Part shown: positions 1 through 12,589 of the stretch, one piece after another
Layout: every line of letters starts with the position of its first letter
Numbering within the stretch: the first letter of the stretch is position 1
NCBI RefSeq assembly: GCF_963506605.1
Contig: NC_083277.1
Location: 9,238,001-9,302,000, forward strand
DNA: 64,000 nt
Source: Zootoca vivipara
Lineage: Eukaryota
Direction: 5' to 3'
Translations under genes and position numbers: made by a program
Notes under the pieces: model-generated
What the model was told of the DNA's origin: nothing
The model's database searches: none
Seen by the model: only the letters and a program-made list of their open reading frames with translations

Positions 1-3000
1 TCCAACTCTACGATTCTAATATACAAAATTTAGGAGATGTTGCTGGACCTCAGCTCTCATCACCCCTGGCCATAGCTCGTGCTCGTGGGACTGATGGGCG
101 TTGTCGTTCACTAACATCTGAAGAGCCACCGGTTCCCCACACCTGCCTTATTGCTCTCCTCCAGGGTGATTGGGCAGATTAGAGCCAAAGTGAAGAGGCA
201 GCAGCACCAGTGGCAAACAGGAGGAGCCAGGGCTGCCTTGTGATCTGCCCACATCAATGCATCTGGGACAAAAAGGCAGAAAGGGGCAGCAAAGATGGCA
301 GAACTTCGCTACAAGAAAGGTTGTTGTGGCTGGGGTTTTTAGTGCAGAAATAAGGAGCGGAGGGCCGATAGAGAGAGGCATGATTATACATAAATGTGTG
401 CATGGCTTGGAGAGAATGTCAGGAAACAGTGTACCAGGCCCCTGGATACCCCTGGCTGTTGTTTGTTCAGTAAAGGAGCAGAGTAGCGGAACGTGGGATT
501 CCAAAAAGACACAGCAGGCAGGAAAAAACATTAGTACAAGTTTACTGTTTATTTTTACCGTTCAGTACCAGATCCCTGGCACGGCAAATCTTGGCTTGTG
601 CAGAGCAAAATCCAGTTTCTGCATAAAAAACACACCACACAAATGCAAAAATGTAAAACAAACAGAACAGTAGAGTGAAAGAATGAGAGAGAAAATGCTC
701 CCGGCGGACAATTGATACAGCTTATCCCGGGAGTGAACGGCCTTGGACAGAGATAACACAAGTCAGTGCACAAAACATCTGTGCTGTCTATGTCTTCTAA
801 AAGACCAGAGAACTTTTAAACACTAGAATGTACCAGAAGGCTTCTGATCGTTTCTATATATCACCATTCCATGGCAGAAAAGGCAGAGAGAACTTATTTC
901 TTTCCTTCTCTTAATACTAGAGCCCAGTGGGTTTATTCATTGAAGCCGAATGTCGGAAGAGTCCGGAGAGATTAATAATAATAATAATAGTAATAATAAT
1001 AATACCCGTATATAAGACGTATAAGACGACTGGGCGTATAAGACGACCCCCAACTTTTCCAGCTAAAATATAGAGTTTGGGATATACTCGCTGTATAATA
1101 AATACGACCCGGCGTTAAGATTTTCCTGGGTTAAAAAGTAGTCTTATACGCAGGAATATACAGTACTTATACCCCACCGATTTGGCTGGGCCTCCCCAGC
1201 TACTCTGGGTGGCTTCTAACAGGATATTAAAAACATAATAAAAGATCAAACATTAAAAACTTCCCTAAACAGGGCTGCCTTCAGAGGAAGGAAATAACTT
1301 CTTCACACATTTGCTCCCACAATATTGCATTGCAGGGGGCTGGACTGGATGACCCTCAGGGTCCCTTCTGACTGTACGATTTTGGTATTTGTTGGAAGCC
1401 ACCCAGAGTGGCTGGGGAAACCCAGCCAGATGGGTGGGGTATAAATAAATAATAATAATGAAAATAAGATTCTGATTCTATGATTGTAAGATGTAGGGAT
1501 GGCCGGCAAACGTGGATGGCTTTAAAAGATTAGATAAATTTAGGGAGGATAAGTCTGTACCTATCAATGCCTGTGTTCTCCCTCCACTGTCAGAGGCCAT
1601 ACAGTATATACTCCCAAATACCAGTTCCTGGGAATCACATGTGGGGAGTCCTGTTGTGCTCACGTCCTGCTTTCCAGATGTAGCCAGTTGGCAACTGTGA
1701 AAACAGGATGCTGGGCTCTTACCGATCTTAAACTTGAACCAGCACAGCTCTTTTTATACTGACATGTAAGTAAACCTTGCAGAGCAGATTAAGTATTTTG
1801 CCCTCTCCCACCTCTCATCCCGTCCACAACAGGGGGGGGGGGGAAGGATCAGAATCCACCTCTCCCTAACCCATTCATCCTGTCTTCAGCCATAACAGAT
1901 GTGCATCCGCCTGTCTCGAGAGACAATGGAGTGTGCCTCTGGGGGTGAAGTCAAACTGCTGCGATAGTGACCTCCATGGGGCACAAGTCTGGAGGTCCTG
2001 AGCTGCCCAGAGGCCAAGGTCTCCTGTCTCAACCTCACAGATGTGGTGCAAAGAAAAGGAAAGCAACATGTACAAAGTTGCTTTGTACAATTCCAACCCT
2101 CACCCCCTCTGCTATAAGATATTTCAAAAGTAGGGCTGCAACATAGATTTTAAAAATTTTAAGATGGTAAAGTTCAGCACCCTGTTTCTAAGAGCGGCCA
2201 AGCAGATTCCTCTTGGGAAGCCTCCGAGCAAAGCATGAAGGCAACAGCAGCCCATAGAACCACTGAGCTAATTAAATTAGTGCCTCCTTCCCCAACCTGG
2301 TGCCCTCCACTTGTTTTGGACTACAACTCTCAACAGCCTCAGCCAATGGAGTGCCTATGGAACCTACATGCCCAGAAGCAGTCTACCTACCTGGTGATGA
2401 GCAGCAGGGAGAGGGCCCTTGCCTCCTTTCATAAGAGAGGCAGAAGTAAAAGGCAAAGGGATTTATTTTTATAAATTCCAAGAAGGCAGCAAGATGACTT
2501 GAAGCGGCTTCAAAAAGTGGCACCCAAATTGGAAGTCACCAGCAGAAGCTCTGAAGACTCCAGCAGCATCCAACAGAAAGGCAGATCGACCACTGCTGCC
2601 TGCAAAGCCGCGCCACCAGATGACATCACAAAATTCCACAGCAACCAACTGAAAACAGGCCTTTTACAGCAACAAGGCCCAACACTTCCAAGTGCAGGTA
2701 GGGGCCTGCATGGGGGGGGGGGCGAATAGGGGGCAGGGATAGGTAATGGGTCAGAACAGGGTGGGGGGAGACACAGGGATGAAACCTGCCCTCTCCACAG
2801 TATCTTGCCTCGGCTTTGCAGACTAGGCTGAGTGGATTTAGGGGCCTCCCTGGGTGGGGGGTGGGCGAATAGGCAGCAGCATAGAATCAAGTGAATATGG
2901 GCCTTTTACAGGGCCTTGCCTTTGGGTAGAATAAATGTTATTTCACATAACACACGTGGATAGGGGAGTCATTTATAGTATGAACTGCTGTGGCTCCTTA

Positions 3001-3653
3001 AAGGGCAGCAAGTCTAGAGTTAGCTGCAGAGAAAAATCAGGTTTTTTACATATTCACTTCAGTTACCTCCCTGCTTTTGTATTAAAAACCTAGATTACTC
3101 CATTGTGATCCTGAATTTATCCCGCATTTTACTGAACTGTTGATTTGGTCACATTTGAAATTTACTGGTATGTGGTGTGGCAAATTGGGGTGGGCGTGCT
3201 TTTAAATGTCAGGCATCTTGATAATTATTCAGTTCTACAAAGCTATAATGTTCGTTGTGAGCTGCTCTGGGACAGAGGTTCTTGCGGAAAAGTGGCATTC
3301 GAAGAAATTAAACTAAGCTGTGGTAAACCTGCTGTTGGGACTCAACAGCCCTTTGGGTTTCCTGATGTTCTTAGGTTCTTCTTTCATCTCTGCAGAATAT
3401 AATTACTGAATGATACGGAAAGGACGTGCGCAATAAGGTCTCGCCATCAGCAATGAGACATGACTGTGGCCCGATGCCCTCCCCTTCCTTTCGCACCAGT
3501 TAAAAAGCACATGCCAACGGATAACGGCAGTAAATGCCAAGAAACTGGAGATCTCTAAAAGCAGACAGGTGACCTTACTTTATTGTTCAGCCATTTGCTC
3601 CTCCATGGATGCCCAGTGAGACAGTACTCCCCACCCTCTAAGCCAATGTATAC

Positions 3654-4012
3654 ATTATTATTATTATTTATTATTTGTATTCCACCCATGTGACTGGGTT
3701 GCCCCAGCCACTCTGGGCGGCTTCCAACAGAATATAAAAATACAATGAAACTTCAGATATTAAAAACTTCCCAATACAGAGCTGCCTTCAGATTTTTCCG
3801 GAAAGTCGTGTAGTTGTTTATCTTTTTGACCTCTGACGGGAGGGCATTCCACAGGGTGGGCGCTACTACTGAGAAGGCCCATTGCTTGGTTCCCTATAGC
3901 TTCACTTCTCACAGTGACGGAACTGCCTGAAGCCCCTCCATGGAGCTGGACCTCCATGCCCAGGCTGAACGATGCGAGTGGAGACGCTCCTTCAGGTACA
4001 CAGGGCCGATGG
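3654..4012 (-). mobile_element. L2 LINE 3' fragment overlapping the end of gene A's CDS
   Basis: Homologous to the L2 copy at 12177-12589; L2 frame reads GPVYLKERL...AFSVVAPTLWNALP; (AAT)n tail. Confidence 0.9.
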
Positions 4013-5222
4013 CTTCTTGCGTGCGAGAGGAGGCTTGACTTCTGAGTGAAGCCCTTTCCGCACTCCAGGCACTTGTATGGCTTCACCCCAGTGTGGGTTC
4101 TTTCGTGCTTGAGAAGGTTGGAGCGATGGCTGAAGCTCTTCTCGCAGACCGAGCACTGAAACGGTTTCTCCCTCGTGTGCGTCCTGTGGTGAACGACGAA
4201 GGCCGACTTGTCCCGGAAGCTTTTGGGGCAGTCTGGGCACTGGAAGGGTTTTTCTCCCGTGTGGATCTTCTCGTGCTGAACCAGGCCGGCGTTCTGAGAG
4301 AAACATTTCCCACACTCTGCACACTTGTACGGCTTCTCGCCCGTGTGGGCTCGCTTGTGTTTCATGAGGGATGAGCTTTCGACAAAGCTCTTATCGCACA
4401 CCGTACACTTGTAGGGCTTCTCTCCCGTGTGGAGCCTCTCGTGAGTGAGGAGGTTGGTGCGATGCCGGAAACGCTTGCCACACCCTGAGCACGGGTACGG
4501 TTTCTCCTCGGTGTGGATTCTCCTGTGCACGACAAAAGCGGACCTGTTCCTGAAGCTTTTGGGACAGTCAGGACACTGGTGCGGTTTCTCGCCCGTGTGG
4601 ATTCTCTGGTGTCGGTTAAGGTCAAATCTCTGCCTGAAGCTTTTCCCGCAGTCTGGGCAATGGTAGGGCCTCTCTCCCGTGTGGATCCTCACATGAGCCG
4701 CAAGCCCGCTGTGCCCTCTAAAGCTCTGACCGCAATCTGGGCAAACAAAGGGCTTCTCTTGCCGGTGGGTTCTTTCATGTGCCGTAAGATCCGATTGCTG
4801 GCTGAAGTTCTTCCCACATTCCGAGCAATTGAAGCGGTTCTCCCCGGTGTGGATTCTCTGATGGGCAACGAGGACATTCCTACTGCAGAAGCTCTTCCCA
4901 CAGTCGGAGCAGATGTAGGGTTTCTCTCCTGAGTGCATTCTCTGGTGTTCGGTGAGGTCCGCCTTGCAGCGAAAGGACTTTCCGCACTCAGCGCATGTCT
5001 CACCCTTGAGGAATCTTTGCTGGACTGGCATGGCAGGGAGCTGGAAATGAACGGATTTGCCTTCTTCATTATGGGGGTGAGTTTCCTGCTGGTTTTCGGA
5101 TGCTTCTCCCCAGTAAGGATAACGGGATACAGTCCGTTCTGCTCTCCCTGGCAGCATCCAACGTAGTTCAGCTCCTTCAGAATTGATCGGCAGATTCTTC
5201 TTCCAAGATGCCCTCTCATTGT
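3760..5222 (-). CDS. Gene A last coding exon: 12 C2H2 fingers plus an L2-derived C-terminal tail (model 7670-6906, 6167-6047, 5222-3760; ~782 aa)
   Basis: 12 CxxC-x12-HxxxH repeats with TGEKPY-type linkers; acceptor ttttttccaacag|AC is in phase 1 with the upstream exon. Confidence 0.92.
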
Positions 5223-6046
5223 CTGTTGGAAAAAACAAAGGATCCTTACAAAGGGAGGTTTCCCTTTACCAGGAAGAAATTACACAGCAAAGAAGGGGTT
5301 TGGGGCCCATTGATTTGAATGACCACCTACAGGAACCCACGCAAGCCCTAAGAGTGGCCTCAGAGATCCTGCTTGCTAGTGGATCTATAAGGTCAGTTAG
5401 ATTACCCAGCTGTGAGTCTTGAAGGCTGCTCCCTGCCAAGCCCTTTCCACCAGGCCTAGGGGGCGGGGCCCACCCTCACCAGCTCTACTAAAGAGGTTCC
5501 TGGTGACACCAGAGGGACATCGCTATGCCTGACAACAAACAGTTGGATTCTTTTGCCCCATCTTTTTGTGCCTGCCAAGCAGCCGTGTCATGCTTATGAT
5601 AATATTTTATTCTCTTGTTAATTATGCTGTTTTAAATGTGCATTTTATATTTTACTTTACTTAGCAATGTTTTTTTTGAAATGTTTAAGTTTTTATTTTG
5701 TTAACTTTGTTTGTGTGTTAAATATGTATTCTGTATTTGGTCTCCTTTGTAATGTTTTATTTTATTATCTTTAAGATCATATTTTAGTTTTCTGTTAATT
5801 ATGTTGCTTTGACTGTGTACTCTATATTTGACTTTCTTCAAATTGTTTTATTGATGTTTTAATATTCTGTAAACTGCTTTGAAATTTTTCTTAAAAACAC
5901 AAGGCAGTATAGAAATGAAATAAATCATAATCAAAATAATAATAATTGGTGGGCACTAGATCTGTGGGCAGAGCCTTTATTGTGGTGGCCCCTCATTTGC
6001 ACAACTTGCTCCGCAAGAGAACTCCCTCCAGCCAAAGACTCCTTAC

Positions 6047-6167
6047 CCAGCCAAGGGGCATCAGCAGCCGAATCCTCCACTCTGGTGAGCGGCCACTCAC
6101 CGGAGTCTGACAGAGCCCCGTCAGCCTCAGGGGAATCATCCGCTTTCTCCTTGAAGGGCCAGAGGAC
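6047..6167 (-). CDS. Gene A linker exon (121 bp, degenerate KRAB-A-like)
   Basis: tttcag|GTC...TGG CTG G|gtaag; phase 0 to 1 joins the SCAN and finger exons in frame; VLWPFKEKADDSPEADGALSDSGEW... Confidence 0.8.
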
Positions 6168-6905
6168 CTGAAACAGCAGAAAGAATGAGTCAAAGAAATG
6201 GGTGCGAATGGCCTGAGATTCAGGGGTGGGGAACCTCTGGAGCTTCTCCAGATGCTACGGGACTCCAATTCCCAGGGGTCAGGGGAACGGGAGTCCAGCA
6301 AGATCTGGAGGGCCACAGGCTTCCTGGCTTCGACTGAGTCAGGTCATTGGCCTAACTTTCACAGTATTGCCTACACTGACTGGCAGCAGCTCTCCAGAAT
6401 CTCAAGGAGACCTTCTTCAGGCAAAGGCTGTCCTCTGCGCTGTCTTTGAAGGGGGATGCATTAAACACTCCAGCTGGTGCAGGATGTGGCAGCCCATCTC
6501 AAGACAGGGACTGGAGCACAGGAATCCATCACTTCTGTGTCCATATAGCCTCCCTCTTCTCTCAAGATGGTGGATACAGAGCCCTGAAGGGCCAGAGACC
6601 AACACAGACTGCCTGTTCACAGCAGTGGAAGCTGGTCCGTTAGGGCAGAGAGTGCCTTGCCCACCATCCCCTGTCTTCCCCCAGCAAGTGACGTTCTAAG
6701 GTACACTGCCTCGGAACCTGGAGGTTCTACTTTGCCAATACAGCCAACCCCTGCTGATTCTGCCAGATCCCATTTTCGAACCATCCAAGGGAGCAGTCAG
6801 TCCAATGCATATTTACAGTCGGCAAAAACTGCCCCTAATGGCTCGCCCTCAGTCCTTGCCATCATTCCTTTTGTTCTTCCCAGGACTGATCTCCTGCTCT
6901 CTCAC

Positions 6906-7670
6906 CTGTTGTATTTCGTGCTCGTTCTCTTGCTGCCTCTCCAGGAAATCCTCCGCCAGGCCGACTGCCTGACCGCAAGTCTCCGGCCCGCCTTCTCTGA
7001 CCCAGTTCTGCATCTCCGGGGGCAGGACAGCCAGGAACTGCTCCAGGATCACCAGCTCCAGGATCTGCTCCTTGGTGCGCCTCTCTGGCTGCAGCCACCG
7101 ATGACAGAGCCTCCACAGCATCCCACAGAGATCTCGCGGCCCCTCGGCCTCCTGGTAGAGAAACTGCCTGAAGCACAGGCGCTCCACCTCCTGGCTGGGA
7201 GCCTCCTTCTTCACTTCCCCACGCTCCATGGCCAAAACGCTGTGGGTGGGCTGGGGGACGTCTCCTCCAGGGCCAGGCAGATGGCGGATCACCCTGCCTC
7301 GCCCAGACTGCAGCCCGATGTCTGATCGCCCCCCAAAGGAAGCCTGAGTGTCCCTTGGGCCATTGCTGTCCAGCTGCAGGCTTCCTGGTTCAGGCTGCGG
7401 AGACCGCACAGCCTTCAGGAGCCCCTGACACTGAGCTTCCCAGCACTCCTCCCGAGGCCCTTCCTCGGGTTCCTGCTTAATGTGCTCTGTTATGGGCCCT
7501 TCCCACAATTCCTTGAGGCTCTCTGAGCGGACGGCCAAGGAGCCTGTTCCTTCAGCCTCCTCCGGTTCAGACTCCGATGCCTCCTCCTGGGCCTCCGTCT
7601 TCACTGTGTCCTCCATCAGGGCATCTCGGGGGACAGCCCACACAGCTGCGTTCCTGCGTTCGGACGCCAT
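6906..7670 (-). CDS. Gene A SCAN-domain exon
   Basis: [51 protein letters not shown] is the SCAN signature; donor CAG|gtgag at 6905; exon begins at 7779 after an acceptor; ATG at 7670. Confidence 0.9.
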
Positions 7671-8640
7671 CACCTCTCTTAACTCCGGGGCTTGGCAGGG
7701 GTCACTCACACACTGCTATCCCATGTTTCTCGGTGATGTCAACTGCCAGGTCCAGGATTTTTTACAAGGCCTTGTGCCTCTGCAAGGAAAGAGAATCAGT
7801 GGGAGCTGCAGCAAAAAGTTGCAGCGTGGAACACTCCTGCTCAGGATGCTCCATTCCGTTCTCTGCCCCCATGTTTTCCATCCCACCAATCATCAGCCAG
7901 TATTCCGTGCATACTGAGCATGCTCAGTCCTCTGGGAACTGTAGCTCTGTGAGGGGAAATGGGGGGTCTCCCAACAATCTCAGCACCCTTAACAAACTAC
8001 AGTTCCCAGGATTCTTTGGGGGAAGCCATGACAGTTTAAAGTGGAATTACATTGTGCTAAATGCATAGTGCAGATGGCACCCTGATTACAGCCCTTTCAC
8101 ACGAGAGTCCAGTGTTCTAGTTTCCCACTGCGCTTTCTCATATTCAGAAGCTGTTCATTTCATTTTTGCAGGGTGGGAGAAGAAGTTGCTGCCACTATTT
8201 CTAATCAACTGGCAATCAAGAAGCCTTAGTGATCTACTGCAAATCACCCCATCTGACTTCTGACCACCCCTGAAGACAGATATAGGCAAGATATAGCCAT
8301 GAAGAATAATCCTTGATAGACTTTACGTTTAAAAGGCGTGGGGGTGGGATAGAGAAATCCACAGAGGATGTTCTAAAACTCACCACAGCTCCGTGGAACC
8401 TGCATGTTCAGGAGCAGTTTACCTGTGATCACAAGATGCTGGAGGCAAAGACAGCAAGAGATTTGCCGCTGCCTCGCTGCCTCTGAGCATCCCAGAGAGG
8501 TCTGGCTGCCCACTGTTGGGAGCGGGAGGCTGGTCTGGGGGGTTTGTCTGATCCAGCAGGGAGTCCTCTTAGACCCCTAAAGCAAACCTTCCTATTCCAG
8601 GTGAGCTCTCTGCTCCTCCCTCAAGGCTCTTCTCACTTAC

Positions 8641-8800
8641 CGGATTCCCTCCCAGGAGCTGAAAAATCTTTCTCCAGCCTCTACTTTGCAGCAAAGAAAA
8701 GCACCATAGAGTCGCTAAGGGGGAGAAAAGGAAGAGGAGGGCCTTCAATAGTCGTAACAATTTCCGTCCGAAGTGGCGCTCTAGAAATCACGACTCTCTC
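8641..8800 (-). promoter_or_regulatory. Probable non-coding first exon/TSS of gene A; divergent promoter region shared with gene B up to ~10000
   Basis: Strong minus-strand donor CCG|gtaagt at 8640; local CpG enrichment at 8750-8800 and 9745-10010. Confidence 0.45.
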
Positions 8801-10245
8801 AGCTTAACCCTTTATGACAACCAGAGCACAGAGGGGGCTTTCCTTTGTATTTTTAAAATATCCCTCGCCTGTGCCAAATTGGAAGCATCAGATTAGGTCT
8901 GGCAGTGCAAATAAAAACCTACGTGTGCATGCATTTTATCCAAGGAGGGGCTGTAGTTCGGTGGCAGAGAGCATATGCTTGACATGCAGAAGATCCCCTG
9001 TGGCCCAGCCCTTGGTATCGGCCATTTAAAAGGCGAAGGGAAGGACCTTTCTGTGCTTGAGACCCGAGAGAGCCGCTGCCAGCCAGAGCAGGCAATACTG
9101 GCCTTGGTGAACAAATAGGCTAACCTCTGGTACGGAACAGCTTCGGGGGCAAACATCTTGCTAGCTGTGCGCATACAAAAAAGAGAGTTGGGAGAGTCAG
9201 GACAATGGCCCATCGAGTCCAGCATCCTTTTCCCACAGTGGCCAACTAGAAGCCTGTGGGAAACCAGCAAGCCGGATCTGGCCTCAAGAGCCCCCCTCCT
9301 CTCCTGTGGCTTCCAGCAGCTGGGACCCCTTACTCTGTGGAGTTTGGGCACAGAGGCGAGATTTGAACTGAGGTCTTCGCCCTGAGCTCCTCCCATTGCA
9401 AGGATTTGATGTGCTAATTATGGTATTTATTATTTTTCACCTTTATTTCTTCAAGAAGTGGTATTCATGGTTCTCCCCCTCTTCATTTGATCCCTACTAC
9501 AACCTTGCAAGGTAGGCTAGGCTGAGAGGCAGTTGCCTGTCCAGCTTCCTGGCCCAGTAGGGATTTGAACTCAGGTCTCCCCCGGTCCTAGTCTAGCACC
9601 CTTAAATACTACATCACATTGGCTCTCGTGTGTAGACATCATACATTAAAAGCACATTCTCCTTCCCCCCCGAAAAAAAACCAGAAACATAAGAACTGTA
9701 GTGCAAGGGTGCAGGGCAAACTACAGTTTCCAATATATGCTCTATGACGTGCGTCTGGGCGTGCCTAGTTGCAATTCGGCTTAAGGGTTAAAGTGTGCGA
9801 GTTTGCACCCCTAGAAAAGCGAAAGGGAAGAAAGGGAAGATCTGCAAAGGGGCTGAAGTCATTTCCTGCCCCTCCTCTTTTAGGGAGATGGTTGTGTGTT
9901 TTTTTTAGGGGTGTTGCTGTTCATTGAATTGTTTCGTGGCGGAGATCAGCGCCTGCGGAGCCTGTCTGCTCAAAGAGGATTTAGGCGAGAAGACCCGAGA
10001 CGGGGAAGCAGGAAGGCAAAAGTGGGGGGTTTTCATGGAATAATATGCAAAGGATGATGACTAGGAAGACAGCCTAGTTTGTGGATCCTGAAAAGCAGGA
10101 TTTTGCAAGCAAGCAAGCTGTGCAATCAGTGATTTATCCTGCTTGTCTTTTTTTAATAAAATGTTCTTCTGTTCAAATTATAAAAAGGTTTTATCCTGTT
10201 TTTCAAGATCCTCGAAGGTTTTGTGTTGCTGATAGAGCTATATTG

Positions 10246-10279
<34 letters not shown>

Positions 10280-10855
10280 ATTCCCAGACACCCCAAATAT
10301 CTGAGGGGAGCAGGTCGGGAGTTGCAAACTTGCGAAAGGTGCACTTATTTATTGACACCTCACACGTGTGTTTTTGGAACCCACCCAGTTTTCGGCGTCC
10401 GAAATTGGTTTAAACTATTTTTAAATCTGGATTTTAAACAGTTGTAACCTGTCCTGCTACTGAAGGGATGGCAATAAGCAGCCACCACCGCAATAATCCT
10501 AATAATAATATTTATTAGTAACAAATGTTTTCGCTATTTTTAATTTAAAAATTTACTTTTTTGGTAAGCTGCCTTGAGACCTGCCGGTGAAGGGTGGGCA
10601 ATAAATGGGCGATGTGAAGCTCAAGAGCAGCGGGGACACTTAATCCATGGTGCTGCCTATCATTCTCCTGCTGCTGACGACACACGCTTCCCTTCCCAAC
10701 CTAAGAAAGGAAGAACCCGAAAACGCACCATTTTTAAGGACCATGCGCCAAGATGGTGCTTTTTGCATATGGTGGTGGATTTAAACCTGTTCCAAACTGC
10801 CTCATTGAATTTGGCAATGCTGAGGGCACCTCATGGTCAAGATGGCCTGTTTCTC

Positions 10856-11012
10856 ATAGAATCATAGAATTGTAGAGTTGGAAGGGACCCAAGGGGTCAT
10901 CTAGCCCAACCCCCTGCAATGCAGGAATCCTGCCCACAGCCATCCCTGGGTGGGCTTGAACCAACAGCCTTCTGGTTAACAGCCAGGCAGGCGCACTGAC
11001 CCATTGCCCCAC
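10856..11012 (-). mobile_element. tRNA-Asn(GTT)-derived SINE with a CR1 3' tail
   Basis: Head GGCTGTTAACC...GGTTCAAGCCCACCCAGGGA resembles tRNA-Asn; same CR1 tail as 61191-61330. Confidence 0.7.
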
Positions 11013-11046
11013 CTCTTACCTCTCTTGGGATCCTTAACCGTTTCAG

Positions 11047-11167
11047 GTGTCGTTGCCGTTGATGGACTGGGCCGCTACCTTCCCCGAGGCAGAGGATGCT
11101 CCTTCAGACAGTGCACAGAGGCTCGTGTCCCAGGGAGTCAAGCAAGAGGATGGCCAAGATTTGCTGG
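11047..11167 (+). CDS. Gene B linker exon (121 bp, degenerate KRAB-A-like; ATG at 11062)
   Basis: tttcag|GTG...CTG G|gtaag; VSLPLMDWAATFPEAEDAPSDSAQRLVSQGVKQEDGQDLL; phase 1 matches the acceptor at 17574. Confidence 0.75.
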
Positions 11168-11377
11168 GTAAGATGAACGTAGAATTGTAGAGCTGGAAGG
11201 GACCCCGGGGCTCATCTAGTCCAACCCTCTACAATGCAGGAATCTCAGCTAAAGCATGCAAGACAGATGGCCACCCAGCCTGCGCTTAAAAACCTCCAAT
11301 GTGTACTTGAGCAAAGAAAAAAAGAGGAGCAGAACCTTTGGGGAGGAGAAGCTTAGTGGTGGAGCATCTAGGCCCCA

Positions 11378-11427
<50 letters not shown>

Positions 11428-12175
11428 GAATTTATATACCTCCCTATACCCAGGGGTTTCAGAGCGGTTCACAGAATAAAATTAAGATATAAAACCACAA
11501 AATCTCTAATAAAAATAAAGGCAGCAACCCAATACCCCCCAAAAAAAACATTTTAAAAGGGCATAGGATGTAAATCAGATCAACCAAATTCAGTTCCCAG
11601 CATCTCCAAACCAGACTGGGAGAGATTCCCCGGTCTGAAACAACCAGAGTAGATAACACTCTGTTAGGTTGTACCAATGTGTCAGACTTATCAATAAAAT
11701 CTTTATTATGGTCATAGAGCAGCCTAACGTGTCTGACTTAGCATAAGGCAGCTTCCTATGTTCCTATTTAAACAGCTGTTCATTAGAACCAAGAGGCCTA
11801 GAATATTAGTTTGTATTTAAGCAAGGAGGGCATCTCTGGTAGGGTTGCCCGAGTATAAAAAGTAAAAACCAGAACACCTTTCTTTAAAGGGAAGCCCCCC
11901 AAATTGTTGAGCTCCCCCCCCCCTAAGATCAATAAAAAAGCGCCACCTTTCAGAAATTCCCCGCCTTTGAAATCCCAGTAATGCCCAGGAGAATCCAAAC
12001 ATATGACAGCCCTAATCTCTGGGTAAGGATGGGTGGGAGAGACCCCCTGCCTGAAACCCTAGATAGTGGCTGCCAGTCAGGGTAGACATTACTGAGCTAG
12101 GTGGACCAATGGTCTGGCTCCCTATAAGGCAGCTTCCTAACTCTGGTACAAGAAACCTGTGAAGTCTTTTGCAGT

Positions 12176-12176
<1 letters not shown>

Positions 12177-12218
<42 letters not shown>

Positions 12219-12589
12219 TATTTATACCCCGCCCATCTGGCTGAGTTTCCCTAGCCACTCTGGGCGGCTTACAACAGAAACATTAAAATACACTAATTTC
12301 TTAAACATTAAAAGCCTCCCTAAACAGGGCTGCCTTCAGATGTCTTCTAAAAATCTGGTAGCTGTTTTTCTTTTTGACATCTGATGGGAGGGCGTTCCAC
12401 AGGGCAGGCGCCACCACCGAGAAGGCCCTCTGCCTGGTTCCCTGCAACTTGGCTTCTTGCAATGAGGGAACCGCAAGAAGGCCCTCGGAGCTGGACCTCA
12501 GCGTCCGGGCAGAACGATGGAGGTGGAGACGCTCCTTTAGGTATACTGGACCGAGGCCATTTAGGGCTTTAAAGGTCAGCACCAACACT
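12177..12589 (-). mobile_element. L2 LINE 3' fragment
   Basis: LTFKALNGLGPVYL...RAFSVVAPALWNALP...FRRHLKAALF is a typical L2 ORF2 C-terminus; (AAT)n-type tail. Confidence 0.88.

Noticed and set aside
2480-2697. Exon-like open stretch ending in CAG|gtaggg
   Set aside because: No clear acceptor, partner exons or recognisable domain
11256-11556. ORFs with poly-I, -L, -N or -V tracts (also near 10223, 20624, 33529, 47876, 49049)
   Set aside because: Translations of microsatellites and LINE tails
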